From Minisyncoccota bacterium (GTDB lineage Bacteria > Patescibacteriota > Minisyncoccia > Phycocordibacterales > UBA6065), in NCBI GenBank assembly GCA_035546035.1, contig DASZXC010000014.1, positions 1,323-65,322 of the forward strand: 64,000 nucleotides of DNA. Reading direction: 5' to 3'. The notes under the pieces were generated by a model, which saw nothing but the letters and a program-made list of their open reading frames with translations, searched no databases and had not been told where the DNA came from. The translations under genes were made by a program, and so were the position numbers. This document shows, one piece after another, positions 9,029-19,019 of this stretch. Numbering within the stretch: position 1 is the first letter of the stretch; every line of letters begins with the position of its first letter.

Positions 9029-10734
9029 TTCTCGCCGTTCCATTCTTTGCCTCTGCCGACACGCTCTATGTCTCTCCGTCTTCCGGCTCATACACGCCGG
9101 GACAGACGTTTTCCGCGCGCGTCTACGTATCGTCTCTCGCGCAAGCGATCAATGCCGTTTCGGGGACGGTGACCTTTCCCGTAGAAAAGCTCCAGGTCGT
9201 CTCCGTATCCAAGACGGGTTCGATTCTGACTCTGTGGGTACAGGATCCGTCGTTCTCAAATAGCCAGGGCACGGTCTCGTTCGAAGGCGTCGTCCCTAAC
9301 CCTGGTTTCAGCGGCTCCGGCGGCTCTCTCGTTACCATAACGTTCCGTGTCGTCGGGCAGGGAACGGCCCAGATCAAATTCTCGTCTGGATCAGTGCTCG
9401 CCAATGACGGCAGCGGCACGAATATCCTCAAAAATCTCTACAACGCCACGTATATGTTAAGCGGCTCGACGGAGCCGGCATCGCCTGCGCCGACGGTCTC
9501 TGCGCCGGCTACCGATTCCGAACCGGCCGTTGATCCTCTGGCTCCGAAAAAGCCGATTGTCCGATCGTCTACGTATCCCGATTCGACGCATTGGTATGCG
9601 GTCCATGAAGGCGCGTTCTCGTGGGACGTTCCAGGCGATGTGTCGTCCGCGCGCATACTCCTCGGCAGGCTGCCGGGCTCGACGCCAACGGTCGTCTATA
9701 CCCCTGCGATAGAGAGCAAGACCATACCCGACATCGAAGACGGCGTCTGGTACCTCCACGTCCAGTTCAAAAACGACCACGGCTGGGGAGCGATCAATCA
9801 CTATCTCTTCAAGGTAGACGGCACCAAGCCTGAAAGCTTCGTCATAAAGCCTCTTTCGACGTCCGACGATACCGATCCTACGCCGCAGTTCTCATTCAAT
9901 GCGACGGATAGCGGTTCAGGCATAGACCATTACACAGTTCAGATAGACCTCAAGGATCCGATCACCTGGCGCGACGACGGTACGAGCGTATTCACGGCTC
10001 CGACACTTTCTCCGGGTCCGCATACGATCATCGCCAAGGCATTCGATGAGGCCAATAACTTCACGTCGACGTCCATAGACTTCAGTGTCGCGGGCATAAC
10101 GGCGCCGAAGATCACGTCGTACCCTGAAAAGATAAGCGATTCGTCACCTCTTGTGGTCAAGGGCGTGTCTTCGCCGAATGCTATGGTGAAAGCGGTCCTC
10201 GCCAAGAGCGACGACGATCCGTTCACCCAGACCGTCACGTCGGATAATCAGGGCAATTGGGCCGTCGTATTCGATTCCGAGCTTCCGAGCGGCGCCTATA
10301 AGCTGACCGCAGTCGCCATGGACAAGCGCGGCGCCCAGAGCGAGCCTTCGCCTGAAAAAGTGGTGCTCGTCCGCACGTCATGGCTCATATCTCTGGGCTA
10401 TTCGGTCATGAGCGCTCTCGCTATCACCGTCCCTATCGCCGCGCTCGCATTCGCCATCGTCTTCATATTCATGTTCGGCTTCCACAAGATCCGTATCATG
10501 AAGAAGAAGCTTCGCAAAGAGCTCCACGACGTCGAACGCATGGTAGATAAGGCGTTCGCTCTCCTCAAGGAAGACGTCGAGGACAGCATACACTTGCTCG
10601 AACACACCAAGAGCAAGCGCAAGCTCACCGACGAAGAGGACGCTATCGTCACGCGCCTTCGCAAGAACCTCACCGAAGCCTCGAAGGTCATCCACAAGCA
10701 GGTCGAGGATATGGAGCGGGAGATAGAGCGCTAG
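8980..10734 (+). CDS. Cohesin + Ig-like domain membrane protein with cytoplasmic coiled-coil tail
   Basis: Signal peptide; PSSGSY..GQTFSARV...INAVSGTVTFP...LWVQDP...VLANDGSGT cohesin pattern; Ig-like repeats; TM; charged helical tail. Confidence 0.8.
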   Translation: MRSYVYKAAIFLCAAIVLAVPFFASADTLYVSPSSGSYTPGQTFSARVYVSSLAQAINAVSGTVTFPVEKLQVVSVSKTGSILTLWVQDPSFSNSQGTVSFEGVVPNPGFSGSGGSLVTITFRVVGQGTAQIKFSSGSVLANDGSGTNILKNLYNATYMLSGSTEPASPAPTVSAPATDSEPAVDPLAPKKPIVRSSTYPDSTHWYAVHEGAFSWDVPGDVSSARILLGRLPGSTPTVVYTPAIESKTIPDIEDGVWYLHVQFKNDHGWGAINHYLFKVDGTKPESFVIKPLSTSDDTDPTPQFSFNATDSGSGIDHYTVQIDLKDPITWRDDGTSVFTAPTLSPGPHTIIAKAFDEANNFTSTSIDFSVAGITAPKITSYPEKISDSSPLVVKGVSSPNAMVKAVLAKSDDDPFTQTVTSDNQGNWAVVFDSELPSGAYKLTAVAMDKRGAQSEPSPEKVVLVRTSWLISLGYSVMSALAITVPIAALAFAIVFIFMFGFHKIRIMKKKLRKELHDVERMVDKAFALLKEDVEDSIHLLEHTKSKRKLTDEEDAIVTRLRKNLTEASKVIHKQVEDMEREIER

Positions 10735-10767
10735 ACGTAGTAGGTATATAGCTCATACAATAATCAT

Positions 10768-11145
10768 ATGAAAATCAAAGAAATCGCTTTCGTGGCGTAT
10801 GCCGTTACCGACGTCAGACGAGCCCGCGCATTCTATGAAGGGACGCTCGGACTGAAGCCTGATTCCGTCATGGAGCAGGGCAACGACTTCGCTTTTATCG
10901 AATACTGGATAGGGGAGCATGACGAGCATTGCCTCGTCATCGGTGCAGGCGCGCCCAATTTCAAGCCCGGCAAGACGGGCGCCACGGCCGCTCTCGAAGT
11001 AGACGATTTCCAGGCATTCGTGGACAGGCTGAAAGCCGCGAACGTCAAATTCCTTATGGAACCCGCAGAATGGCCGTCGTGCAATATGGTCCTGATCGAA
11101 GACCCTGACGGGAACCAGATCATGATCCATCGCAGGAAGCAGTAA
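10768..11145 (+). CDS. VOC/glyoxalase family protein
   Basis: VTDVRRARAFYEGTLG and DPDGNQI motifs. Confidence 0.9.
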   Translation: MKIKEIAFVAYAVTDVRRARAFYEGTLGLKPDSVMEQGNDFAFIEYWIGEHDEHCLVIGAGAPNFKPGKTGATAALEVDDFQAFVDRLKAANVKFLMEPAEWPSCNMVLIEDPDGNQIMIHRRKQ

Positions 11146-11200
11146 TAGGAGCGGCGGTGTATACTGGAACTGTTATCCCTTTAGCATTCTTTTGACACAC

Positions 11201-11584
11201 ATGACTGTCGCATTCACTCTCGGACGAATCATCGTCGGTCTCTATTTCCTCATCAACGCCTATAACCACGTCATCAAAGGTTCGCACATGGTCGGCTACG
11301 CCGCTTCGAAAGGCGTTCCGGCTCCAAAGCTCGCCATAACAGGCAGCGGCCTACTCCTCCTCGCGGGTGCTCTCTCGATCCTGTCGGGCGTCGCGGTGTT
11401 CTGGGGCCTTATCGCTCTCCTCGTATTCATGATTCCGGTCACGCTCAAGATGCACGATTACTGGAAAGAGACCGATCCTATGGCAAAGATGAATGCGCGC
11501 ATCGCATTCCAGAAGAATATGGCCATCATCGGCTTTCTCCTCATGGCTATGGCCATTCCGACTCCGTGGACGTACAGCCTCTAA
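11201..11584 (+). CDS. DoxX family membrane protein
   Basis: LGRIIVGLYF...HDYW...FQKNMAIIG pattern; about 4 TM helices. Confidence 0.85.
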   Translation: MTVAFTLGRIIVGLYFLINAYNHVIKGSHMVGYAASKGVPAPKLAITGSGLLLLAGALSILSGVAVFWGLIALLVFMIPVTLKMHDYWKETDPMAKMNARIAFQKNMAIIGFLLMAMAIPTPWTYSL

Positions 11585-11594
11585 TCGGTCGACG

Positions 11595-12281
11595 CTAACG
11601 CATAACTTTATCCTGGACCCCGATCCAATAGCCGCGCCCTGGGGCGGTGTGTATGATCTTGCGCCTTGAATCGCCGTCTATTTTCCTGCGGAGGTTCCGC
11701 ATATGGACTTCGATGGTATTCGATAGGTGATCGGCGTCGCTTTCCCAGACGCTTTCAAGGAGTGTCCCGCGCGATACGATGGCGCCCGCACTTCGGAGGA
11801 GGCATTCGGCCAGAGCGAATTCTTTCCGGGTAAGGTACACTTCGCGCTCTCCGACGATCGCCCTCTGGCGGGCGGTATCGAGGACCAAGTCGCCTGCGGT
11901 GAGGACAGGTAAGATTATCTGTGCCGGCCTGCGGACCAAGGCGCGGAGGCGCGATACGAGCTCTTTGGCCGAAAAAGGCTTGGTGATGTAATCATCCGCG
12001 CCGAGATCGAGGAGCTCGATCTTGTCGTCTATGTCGCACATAACGGAGAGGGCGAGCACGGGCATGTTCTTGCCGCTCGCGCGAACCTCTTTCAGCACCT
12101 CTTTGCCGTTCTTTCGCGGCATGACGTTATCGAGGATGAGGGCGTCGTATTCATTAACGCGGGCCATGTATGAGCCTTCGGCGCCGTCGCCTGCCGTGTC
12201 CACCGTAAAGCCTTCGGACGAGAGCTTTTCTTTAAGGAAGCCGCGGATATCAGGATCGTCGTCGATAACGAGTATTCTCAT
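11595..12281 (-). CDS. OmpR/PhoB-family response regulator (no adjacent kinase)
   Basis: ILVIDDD, LD phosphoacceptor, GADDYITKPF, winged helix LTRKEF...VHMRNLRRKI...GRGY. Confidence 0.95.
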   Translation of the reverse strand: MRILVIDDDPDIRGFLKEKLSSEGFTVDTAGDGAEGSYMARVNEYDALILDNVMPRKNGKEVLKEVRASGKNMPVLALSVMCDIDDKIELLDLGADDYITKPFSAKELVSRLRALVRRPAQIILPVLTAGDLVLDTARQRAIVGEREVYLTRKEFALAECLLRSAGAIVSRGTLLESVWESDADHLSNTIEVHMRNLRRKIDGDSRRKIIHTAPGRGYWIGVQDKVMR

Positions 12282-12347
12282 GGGTTTTCAGGTTGCTGTC
12301 TATTGTATATAGGCCGCAGACTGCCACAATCAGGAGTTATACACAAA

Positions 12348-12374
12348 TTAAGCTTTTCTTAATCTCTATTTTAG
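12348..12374. promoter_or_regulatory. Putative OmpR-type 11-bp-phased direct repeats
   Basis: TTAAG at 12348, TTAAT at 12359 and TTTAG at 12370, between the divergent regulator and the DUF1761 gene. Confidence 0.4.
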
Positions 12375-12412
12375 TCCGTATAATAATCGTACATTCATAA
12401 CCATTTATTTCC

Positions 12413-12835
12413 ATGTTTTTCGAGAACATCAACTATATCGTCGTTATCGCCGCGACCGCCGTCGGTATCATGATCGGCTTTATCTGGCATTCGCCGTGGG
12501 CTTTCGGCAATATCTGGAAAAAGTCCCAGTCCTGGGGCGAGGACAAGCTCATAGCTAAAAAAGCGGGGAAGTCCATGCTCCCGGTATGGGCCGTGACCGC
12601 GGCTTCGACCCTGGTGACTGCTATCGTCATCGCCGCTCTGTTTAATTCTCTCGTCGTGACGTCTATCGCAGGCATGATCGTCCTCGCGCTTTCCGTCTGG
12701 GTCGCGTTCGTTCTCCCGATCAAGCTCTTCGACGTCATCTTTGGCGGCGACAACTGGACGTTCTTCCTCGTGTCCATCGGCCACGAGCTTCTCGTCGTCC
12801 TCGCGATGACGCTCGTCATCGGCATCTGGGGCTAA
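12413..12835 (+). CDS. DUF1761-family membrane protein
   Basis: INYIVVIAA...IGFIWHSP..FG..W motif; 4 TM helices. Confidence 0.8.
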   Translation: MFFENINYIVVIAATAVGIMIGFIWHSPWAFGNIWKKSQSWGEDKLIAKKAGKSMLPVWAVTAASTLVTAIVIAALFNSLVVTSIAGMIVLALSVWVAFVLPIKLFDVIFGGDNWTFFLVSIGHELLVVLAMTLVIGIWG

Positions 12836-12902
12836 GGCCGACCGCAGCGCAAGCTTTATTTTCGGGCGATTTCGTATAGAATGGCTCGCATAAGCCAGCC
12901 AT

Positions 12903-13835
12903 ATGAGCCACGAGATACTCCTTTATTACAAATACACATCCGTGCGGGATCCCGAAAAATTCGCCAGGGAGCAGCGGGATTTTTGCGACCGCCATAACCT
13001 CAAGGGCCGCATCATCGTGGCTAAGGAGGGCATAAACGGGACTCTGGAGGGCCTTATAAAGGATACCCGCGCGTATAGGCGTTTTTTGAACTCTAAGACG
13101 GGGTTCAAGAGCGTACATTGGAAGATAAGCCAGGGCACAGGCGTCGCGTTTCCTCGCCTTTCGGTCAAAGTCCGACCGGAGATCGTGTCGCTCTCTTTGG
13201 AAAAAAATAAGGACGCGGATGTCGATCCTCGGAAGACAACGGGCGTCCATCTGAAGCCGGCCGACCTTAAAAAATGGTTCGATAAGGGCGAAAAATTCAC
13301 GATCATAGATATGCGGAACGACTACGAACACAAGGTCGGCGCATTCGAAGGCTCGATCTTGCCGCCTCTTAAAAACTTCCGCGACTTGCCGAAGGTCATG
13401 CCGAAATTGAAGAGATTCGCACAGGATAAAGTGCTCACCGTCTGCACGGGCGGCGTCCGATGCGAAAAAGCGTCAGGGTACCTTATCAAAAAAGGATTCA
13501 AGGACGTGTACCAGCTCGACGGAGGCATCGTATCGTTCATGGAAAAGTATCCGGGCGTCCATTTCAAGGGATCGCTCTATGTGTTCGACGGGCGCGTGAC
13601 CATGGATTTCGGCGGCGGAAAAGGAAAGGCACGCGACGTCATCGGCGTCTGCGAGAAATGCGGCGCGAAGACCGAAACCTTCGCGGATTGCACCAACCAG
13701 GACTGTAGGAACCAGATGCTCTGCTGCAAAGCATGCATAAAGGCGGATAAAGCGTATTGTTCGGATAAGTGCCGTCTCATTATAGAGAAGAACCCTCGCG
13801 CCCGCTCGCGCTCGATAGCGAAGACGGAGCTCTAG
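12903..13835 (+). CDS. trhO: tRNA uridine(34) hydroxylase-like rhodanese protein (UPF0176)
   Basis: LKGRIIVAKEGINGT, DMRNDYE, CTGGVRCEKAS, GSLYVFDGR and C-terminal Cys cluster. Confidence 0.9.
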   Translation: MSHEILLYYKYTSVRDPEKFAREQRDFCDRHNLKGRIIVAKEGINGTLEGLIKDTRAYRRFLNSKTGFKSVHWKISQGTGVAFPRLSVKVRPEIVSLSLEKNKDADVDPRKTTGVHLKPADLKKWFDKGEKFTIIDMRNDYEHKVGAFEGSILPPLKNFRDLPKVMPKLKRFAQDKVLTVCTGGVRCEKASGYLIKKGFKDVYQLDGGIVSFMEKYPGVHFKGSLYVFDGRVTMDFGGGKGKARDVIGVCEKCGAKTETFADCTNQDCRNQMLCCKACIKADKAYCSDKCRLIIEKNPRARSRSIAKTEL

Positions 13836-13849
13836 GCTATAATGAAGCC

Positions 13850-14893
13850 ATGGACACCAAGAAACTCCAGCTTCATTTCTTTATCGGGATCCTTCTCCTC
13901 GTCGCCATCCTCACGGTCTGCCTGTTCTGGTCCTTCATAGCGCCGCTCGCTCTGGCGTTCATGGCCGCGATCGTAGCGCGTCCGATCCACCAGTTCCTCC
14001 TGCGCGAATGGGGCAATCGCCGTACGCTCGCGACGCTCGCGACGGTATTCTTCGTCCTCGTCGTCGCTCTCGTCCCGCTCGGCATCCTCATCCATCAGGC
14101 GACGATCGAGTCGATTAATTTTTACACCGACGTCCGCGACGGGAACAGGGGAGCGCTTGATATGATCTCTGACAGCGTCATCGGCCCTCTCCATTCGCTT
14201 TTTCCCGCATGGAACATAGACGTCAAGGGTTATGTGAAAGGCGTCGCCGACAGCCTCGTCCGGAATGCCGGCGGCATATTCTCGTCGGCGTCGTCGGTCG
14301 CGCTGAGCACCTTCATCGCCATCGTCGGCCTCTTCTACATGCTCCGCGACGGACATGCGTTCAAGAAGACGGTCATAGACCTTTCGCCGCTCGCCGACAG
14401 ATACGACAATCAGATCATCGAAAAGATCGAGCGCGCCGTTAACTCCGTTGTCCGCGGCTCGCTCTTCACTTCTTTGATCAAAGGCATCCTTGCGACTATC
14501 GGCTTCGCCATATTCGGCGTGCCGCACGCGATCCTCTGGGGCATGCTCACGGCCATCGTGTCGCTTCTCCCGGGCATCGGCGCGGGCCTGACCATAATCC
14601 CTGCGAGCCTCTATCTTTTGGCTCTCGACAGGCTCGTCCCTGCGGTCGGCGTCCTTGTCTGGGGCACGATCGTCGTAGGGCTCGTGGATAATTTCGTGAT
14701 GCCGTTCGTCGTGGGCAGGGGATTCACCGTCCACCCGCTGTTCGTCCTGCTCTCGGTCGTGGGCGGCATCATATTCTTTGGGCCGATCGGGCTTTTCCTC
14801 GGCCCGCTCGTGATCGCGCTCCTTTCGGCGCTGCTTGAAATATACAAACTCGTCATTTTGGACGACGAAGGCAAGCGCACGACGGTCATATGA
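13850..14893 (+). CDS. AI-2E family transporter
   Basis: FYMLRDG, DNFVMP...HPLFVLLSVVGGIIFFGPIGLFLGP motifs; multi-TM. Confidence 0.9.
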   Translation: MDTKKLQLHFFIGILLLVAILTVCLFWSFIAPLALAFMAAIVARPIHQFLLREWGNRRTLATLATVFFVLVVALVPLGILIHQATIESINFYTDVRDGNRGALDMISDSVIGPLHSLFPAWNIDVKGYVKGVADSLVRNAGGIFSSASSVALSTFIAIVGLFYMLRDGHAFKKTVIDLSPLADRYDNQIIEKIERAVNSVVRGSLFTSLIKGILATIGFAIFGVPHAILWGMLTAIVSLLPGIGAGLTIIPASLYLLALDRLVPAVGVLVWGTIVVGLVDNFVMPFVVGRGFTVHPLFVLLSVVGGIIFFGPIGLFLGPLVIALLSALLEIYKLVILDDEGKRTTVI

Positions 14894-14957
14894 TCGGCGG
14901 ACAGGCCCGGTTTTTTCGCATGATACAATACAGATATTAGAAATTAGACCTTCCCTT

Positions 14958-15341
14958 ATGAAATCCAACAATACTGACGTAGCGCTCCTTCTCGTGCGCA
15001 TCGCCCTCGGTCTCGTATTCCTCGCCCACGGAGCGACGAAATTCATGGATATGCCGGGAACGCTCGAATTCTTCTCGGCGATGCACCTTTCGCCGTTTTG
15101 GGCGTATATCGTAGCGACGGTCGAAGCCGTCGGCGGCCTCTCGATGCTCCTTGGCGTCGCGACAGGCTGGTCAGGCATACTTTTGGCCATCGTCATGCTC
15201 GGCTCGACCTTTCTCGTGAAGATCTCTCACGGATTCATCGGCGGATACGAATTCGATCTCACGCTCTTCCTCTCGGCCATCGCGATATCTCTCGCCGGTC
15301 CGGGCAAATACACGCTCACATTCGCTTTGAAGCGCGGCTAA
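14958..15341 (+). CDS. DoxX family protein
   Basis: LLLVRIALGLVFLAHG..K...GYEF...GPGKYTL. Confidence 0.9.
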   Translation: MKSNNTDVALLLVRIALGLVFLAHGATKFMDMPGTLEFFSAMHLSPFWAYIVATVEAVGGLSMLLGVATGWSGILLAIVMLGSTFLVKISHGFIGGYEFDLTLFLSAIAISLAGPGKYTLTFALKRG

Positions 15342-15353
15342 TCGAGACAAGAT

Positions 15354-18296
15354 GTGTCTTTTGACGAGCGCTATAGGAATCTGAACAAAGGTCAAAAAGA
15401 GGCCGTAGACACGATCGACGGCCCGGTAATGGTCATTGCCGGACCCGGAACGGGCAAGACGACCATCCTCACGCTCCGCATAGCGAATATCCTCAAAAGG
15501 ACAGATACGCCTCCTGACGCGATCTTGGCGCTTACGTTCACCGAATCGGGCGTGCGCGCCATGCGCAAGAAGCTCGCTGACATCATCGGCCCCGCAGCGT
15601 ACCGCGTCCGCCTCCATACGTTCCATAGCTTCGCGAACGACATCATCAAGACGTATCCTGACCGATTCCCGCGCATCATCGGCGCCGAGCACGTCGAAGG
15701 GCTCGAGCAGATCGCCCTCGTCGAGAAGCTCCTCGAAACGGGCGACGACGGGGGCGATTTCGGTATCCTCCGTCCCAAAGGCGACCCGACGTACTATGTA
15801 TCTAAAGTCATAAGCGCCGTAAAAGACCTGAAGCGCGATCATATCTCGTCCGCCAAGCTTGCCGAGCTCATCGATGCCGAGGAAAAAATCGTTTTGAGTA
15901 TGCCGGACCTTCGCCATGAGAAAGGGAAATACGCCGGCCGCGTAAAAGGCGAATATCAAGATAGGCTCGACGGCACGGCGAAGAGCCGTGAGCTCGTCCG
16001 AGCGTATGCAGCATATGAAAAAGCGCTCGAGCAGAACCGCCTCTATGACTTCGAGGATATGATCATCGAAGTGGTAAAAGGATTGTCTGCCGATCGGGAC
16101 CTGTGCCTCCGTATCCAGGAAGAGAGCCAGTACATACTGGCTGACGAGCATCAGGACGCGAATACCGCCCAGAACGAGCTCCTCGAGCTCGTCTCTTCAT
16201 TCCATGAGGACCCGAATCTCTTTATCGTCGGCGACGAGAAGCAGGCCATATTCAGGTTTCAGGGCGCTTCTCTGGAAAATTTCCTGCATTTCAAGCGCAA
16301 ATTTCCGGGCGCAAAGCTGATACGGCTTTCCGATAACTATCGCTCGCACCAGATCATTCTCGATGCGGCGCATGCGCTCATCGGCAATAATCCCGTTCCG
16401 GATGAGGGCCTACGCGTTGAGCTCGCGGCGAAAGCACCCGGCTCGATCCCGAAGGCCATCGATTGCGTGACGCTGCCTGATATTCCGAGCGAATTAGATT
16501 TTGTCTCGCGCGAAGCGAAAAAACTGATCGAAAGCGGCGTTGCCCCGCAAGAGATCGCCGTGCTCATTCGCAATAACCGCCACGCCGAAGCCGTCGAAAG
16601 AGCTTTTTCCGCTGCGCATATCCCCGTAGCGCGCCTCGCCGATGCCGATGTGCTCGATCATCCGTATGTCGCGGCTCTGATTTCAGTCATCCGCGCGTCG
16701 CTCGATCCTGCGCAGAACGAATTCGTCGCGCGGGCGCTTTTAGCGCCGTTTCTCGGTCTCGATATCGCGGCGGTTTCCCACGCGCTCGAAACATGGCGCA
16801 GGGAAAAGGGGCTTTTGATCGATTCTCTCCGCGCCAACGAAGCTACGAAGCCTTTCGCGCTCTTGCTGGCGCGCTTCGGCCGGTTAGCGTCGGGAGATCC
16901 CGTCGTGGATGCATTCGAAACGATCGCCAATGAATCCGGTTTCGTCGAGTTCGTGGTGAAGCACGAGAGATCGCGCGAGCTCGTGCCGCTGTATTCGGCG
17001 CTCCTTTCGACCGTCGTGCGATTCGCCGAACGCGAACGGTCGGCGACACTCCGCGACCTTGTGGCGCGCCTCGACCATGCCCGCGAGCATGGCTACAGTA
17101 TTGCGGCGTCGTCTATCCCTCCGCAGGGCGTCCAGCTCATGACCGCCCACGGTTCAAAGGGTCTTGAATTCGAATACGTATTCATCGTCCACGCGAACGA
17201 CAATGTGTGGGGAGGAAAAAAGGCGCGAAAAGCATTCGCTTTGCCGAATATCGGTGGGGAAACGGGCGCGGAGCGCGCTCCCGATGCGGGCGACGGCGCC
17301 GAAGACGAGCGCAGGCTCTTCTATGTCGCTCTCACGCGCGCGCGAAAGCATGTATTCATAACCTCTTCCGAGCGCGACTCTGACGGCAAGGAGCTTTCGC
17401 TGTCGCGATTCATCCTGGAGATCCCCGAAGCCCATGTCCGCCGATCCGTAGAGGCCGGCTCCCGTTCCATCGCCATAAAACAGGCCGGCAGAAAATCTCT
17501 TTTTAAAGACCCTGCATATATCCGCTCGCTTTTCTTGGAGCGGGGGTTTTCGGTGACGCATCTCAATAATTTCCTCGTCTGCCCGTGGAGGTACTTTTTC
17601 CTTAACCTCATTCTTCTGCCGAAGGCCCAGGAAAATCCGCAGCTCTACGGATCAGCTATCCACGGCGCTCTTCATGACTATTTCGAGGCTTATAAGCGAG
17701 AGGAAGATATGCCTGTGGACGAAGCGGTCAGCCTCTTTGAAAAATATCTTCGCCGCACGCACATGACCGAGCGCGACCTCGCCGATTATGTCGCGTCGGG
17801 AAAAGAAGAGCTCAAAGCGTACCTCGCCGCCTATCAATTCCCGCGCACCATCTGGAACGAATATAAAGTCTCCGGCGTGCCGTTCAAGGTCGGCGATGCG
17901 GAGATACTCCTGAACGGAAACTTGGATAAGGTCGAATTGGTCGAAAGCGATTCGGTAAACGTCGTGGATTACAAGACCGGCAAGCCGCAGTCGCGGAACA
18001 AGCTCGAAGGCAAGACCAAGGATGCCGACGGCGATTACAAGCGTCAGCTCGTATTCTATAAATTGATCCTCGACCGCTATAAATCAGGCGAGTGGAATAT
18101 GAAAACAGGCACGCTTGATTTCATAAAGCCCGATGACGGCGGCAGATTGCGCCGCGAGGCATTCGTCATAACGGACGAAGAGGTCCGCGAGCTTGAAACG
18201 ACTATAGCTGACGCGGCAGGGAAAATACTCGCCTTCGATTTTCAGGGCTGCGAAAAGCCCGACTGCGAATGGTGCGCTCTCGCTAAGAGTTTTTGA
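15354..18296 (+). CDS. UvrD/PcrA-like SF1 helicase fused to PD-(D/E)XK nuclease (AdnB/AddA-like)
   Basis: AGPGTGKT, DEHQD, GDEKQAIFRFQGA, TAHGSKGLEF, ERRLFYVALTRA; nuclease GNLDKV...VVDYKTG; Cys in CPWRY plus terminal CEKPDCEWC. Confidence 0.93.
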   Translation: MSFDERYRNLNKGQKEAVDTIDGPVMVIAGPGTGKTTILTLRIANILKRTDTPPDAILALTFTESGVRAMRKKLADIIGPAAYRVRLHTFHSFANDIIKTYPDRFPRIIGAEHVEGLEQIALVEKLLETGDDGGDFGILRPKGDPTYYVSKVISAVKDLKRDHISSAKLAELIDAEEKIVLSMPDLRHEKGKYAGRVKGEYQDRLDGTAKSRELVRAYAAYEKALEQNRLYDFEDMIIEVVKGLSADRDLCLRIQEESQYILADEHQDANTAQNELLELVSSFHEDPNLFIVGDEKQAIFRFQGASLENFLHFKRKFPGAKLIRLSDNYRSHQIILDAAHALIGNNPVPDEGLRVELAAKAPGSIPKAIDCVTLPDIPSELDFVSREAKKLIESGVAPQEIAVLIRNNRHAEAVERAFSAAHIPVARLADADVLDHPYVAALISVIRASLDPAQNEFVARALLAPFLGLDIAAVSHALETWRREKGLLIDSLRANEATKPFALLLARFGRLASGDPVVDAFETIANESGFVEFVVKHERSRELVPLYSALLSTVVRFAERERSATLRDLVARLDHAREHGYSIAASSIPPQGVQLMTAHGSKGLEFEYVFIVHANDNVWGGKKARKAFALPNIGGETGAERAPDAGDGAEDERRLFYVALTRARKHVFITSSERDSDGKELSLSRFILEIPEAHVRRSVEAGSRSIAIKQAGRKSLFKDPAYIRSLFLERGFSVTHLNNFLVCPWRYFFLNLILLPKAQENPQLYGSAIHGALHDYFEAYKREEDMPVDEAVSLFEKYLRRTHMTERDLADYVASGKEELKAYLAAYQFPRTIWNEYKVSGVPFKVGDAEILLNGNLDKVELVESDSVNVVDYKTGKPQSRNKLEGKTKDADGDYKRQLVFYKLILDRYKSGEWNMKTGTLDFIKPDDGGRLRREAFVITDEEVRELETTIADAAGKILAFDFQGCEKPDCEWCALAKSF

Positions 18297-18972
18297 GGAC
18301 CGTGTCGATAATGTTCTTCATCGCCTCGAACGGAAGGGCGCCCTGGTCGAGCGATATCTTGTCTCCGCCCGCGAATATGACGCTGTACGGCGTGCCGCGC
18401 GTGCCCGTGCTCAATGCTTCCTGCCGGTCTGCGGTGATCTTGGACTCATATTTATTCGAAGCGGCGCATGCGGCGAACTGCGATTTGTCTATGCCGAGGT
18501 CGGCGGCGAATTGAGGCAATTTCGAAAGGTCGAGGCCGTTATTCGACGTCGTCTCTTGGAATACGCGGTCAGCGTATTTCCAGAACGCGTCGTTTCCGCC
18601 GATCTCGCCGGCGCATTCGAGCGCTTCGGCTTCGGGGATCGAATTCGTGTGGACAGGAAAATGCCGGAACGCCCATGCGACTTTGCCCGGATACGCGTTC
18701 ACGATCTGGTGGAGCACCGATTGGTATTGCTTGCAGAACGGGCATTCGAGGTCGGAATATTCGACGATCATGATCTGGGCGTTTCTATTGCCGAGGACGT
18801 AATCCGAAGACGTGACCGCTTTGATGCCGTCGGTCGTCGTTTTCGGCGCGGTATCAGCGACGGCGGGGGCCGGCGCAGAGCCGCGGCCGCTCCAATAGAG
18901 TCCGAAACCGATAAGGGCGCCCGCGATGATGATGGCGAGAGGGATCGAAAGGGATTGTTTTTGCTCGTTCAT
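18283..18972 (-). CDS. DsbA/thioredoxin-fold protein, membrane anchored
   Basis: EYSDLECPFC and GTP motifs; N-terminal TM. Confidence 0.9.
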   Translation of the reverse strand: MNEQKQSLSIPLAIIIAGALIGFGLYWSGRGSAPAPAVADTAPKTTTDGIKAVTSSDYVLGNRNAQIMIVEYSDLECPFCKQYQSVLHQIVNAYPGKVAWAFRHFPVHTNSIPEAEALECAGEIGGNDAFWKYADRVFQETTSNNGLDLSKLPQFAADLGIDKSQFAACAASNKYESKITADRQEALSTGTRGTPYSVIFAGGDKISLDQGALPFEAMKNIIDTVLKNS

Positions 18973-19019
18973 AACGTATATAGCTGTATAATGAAGGAAA
19001 TTATAACACATACCTATCC

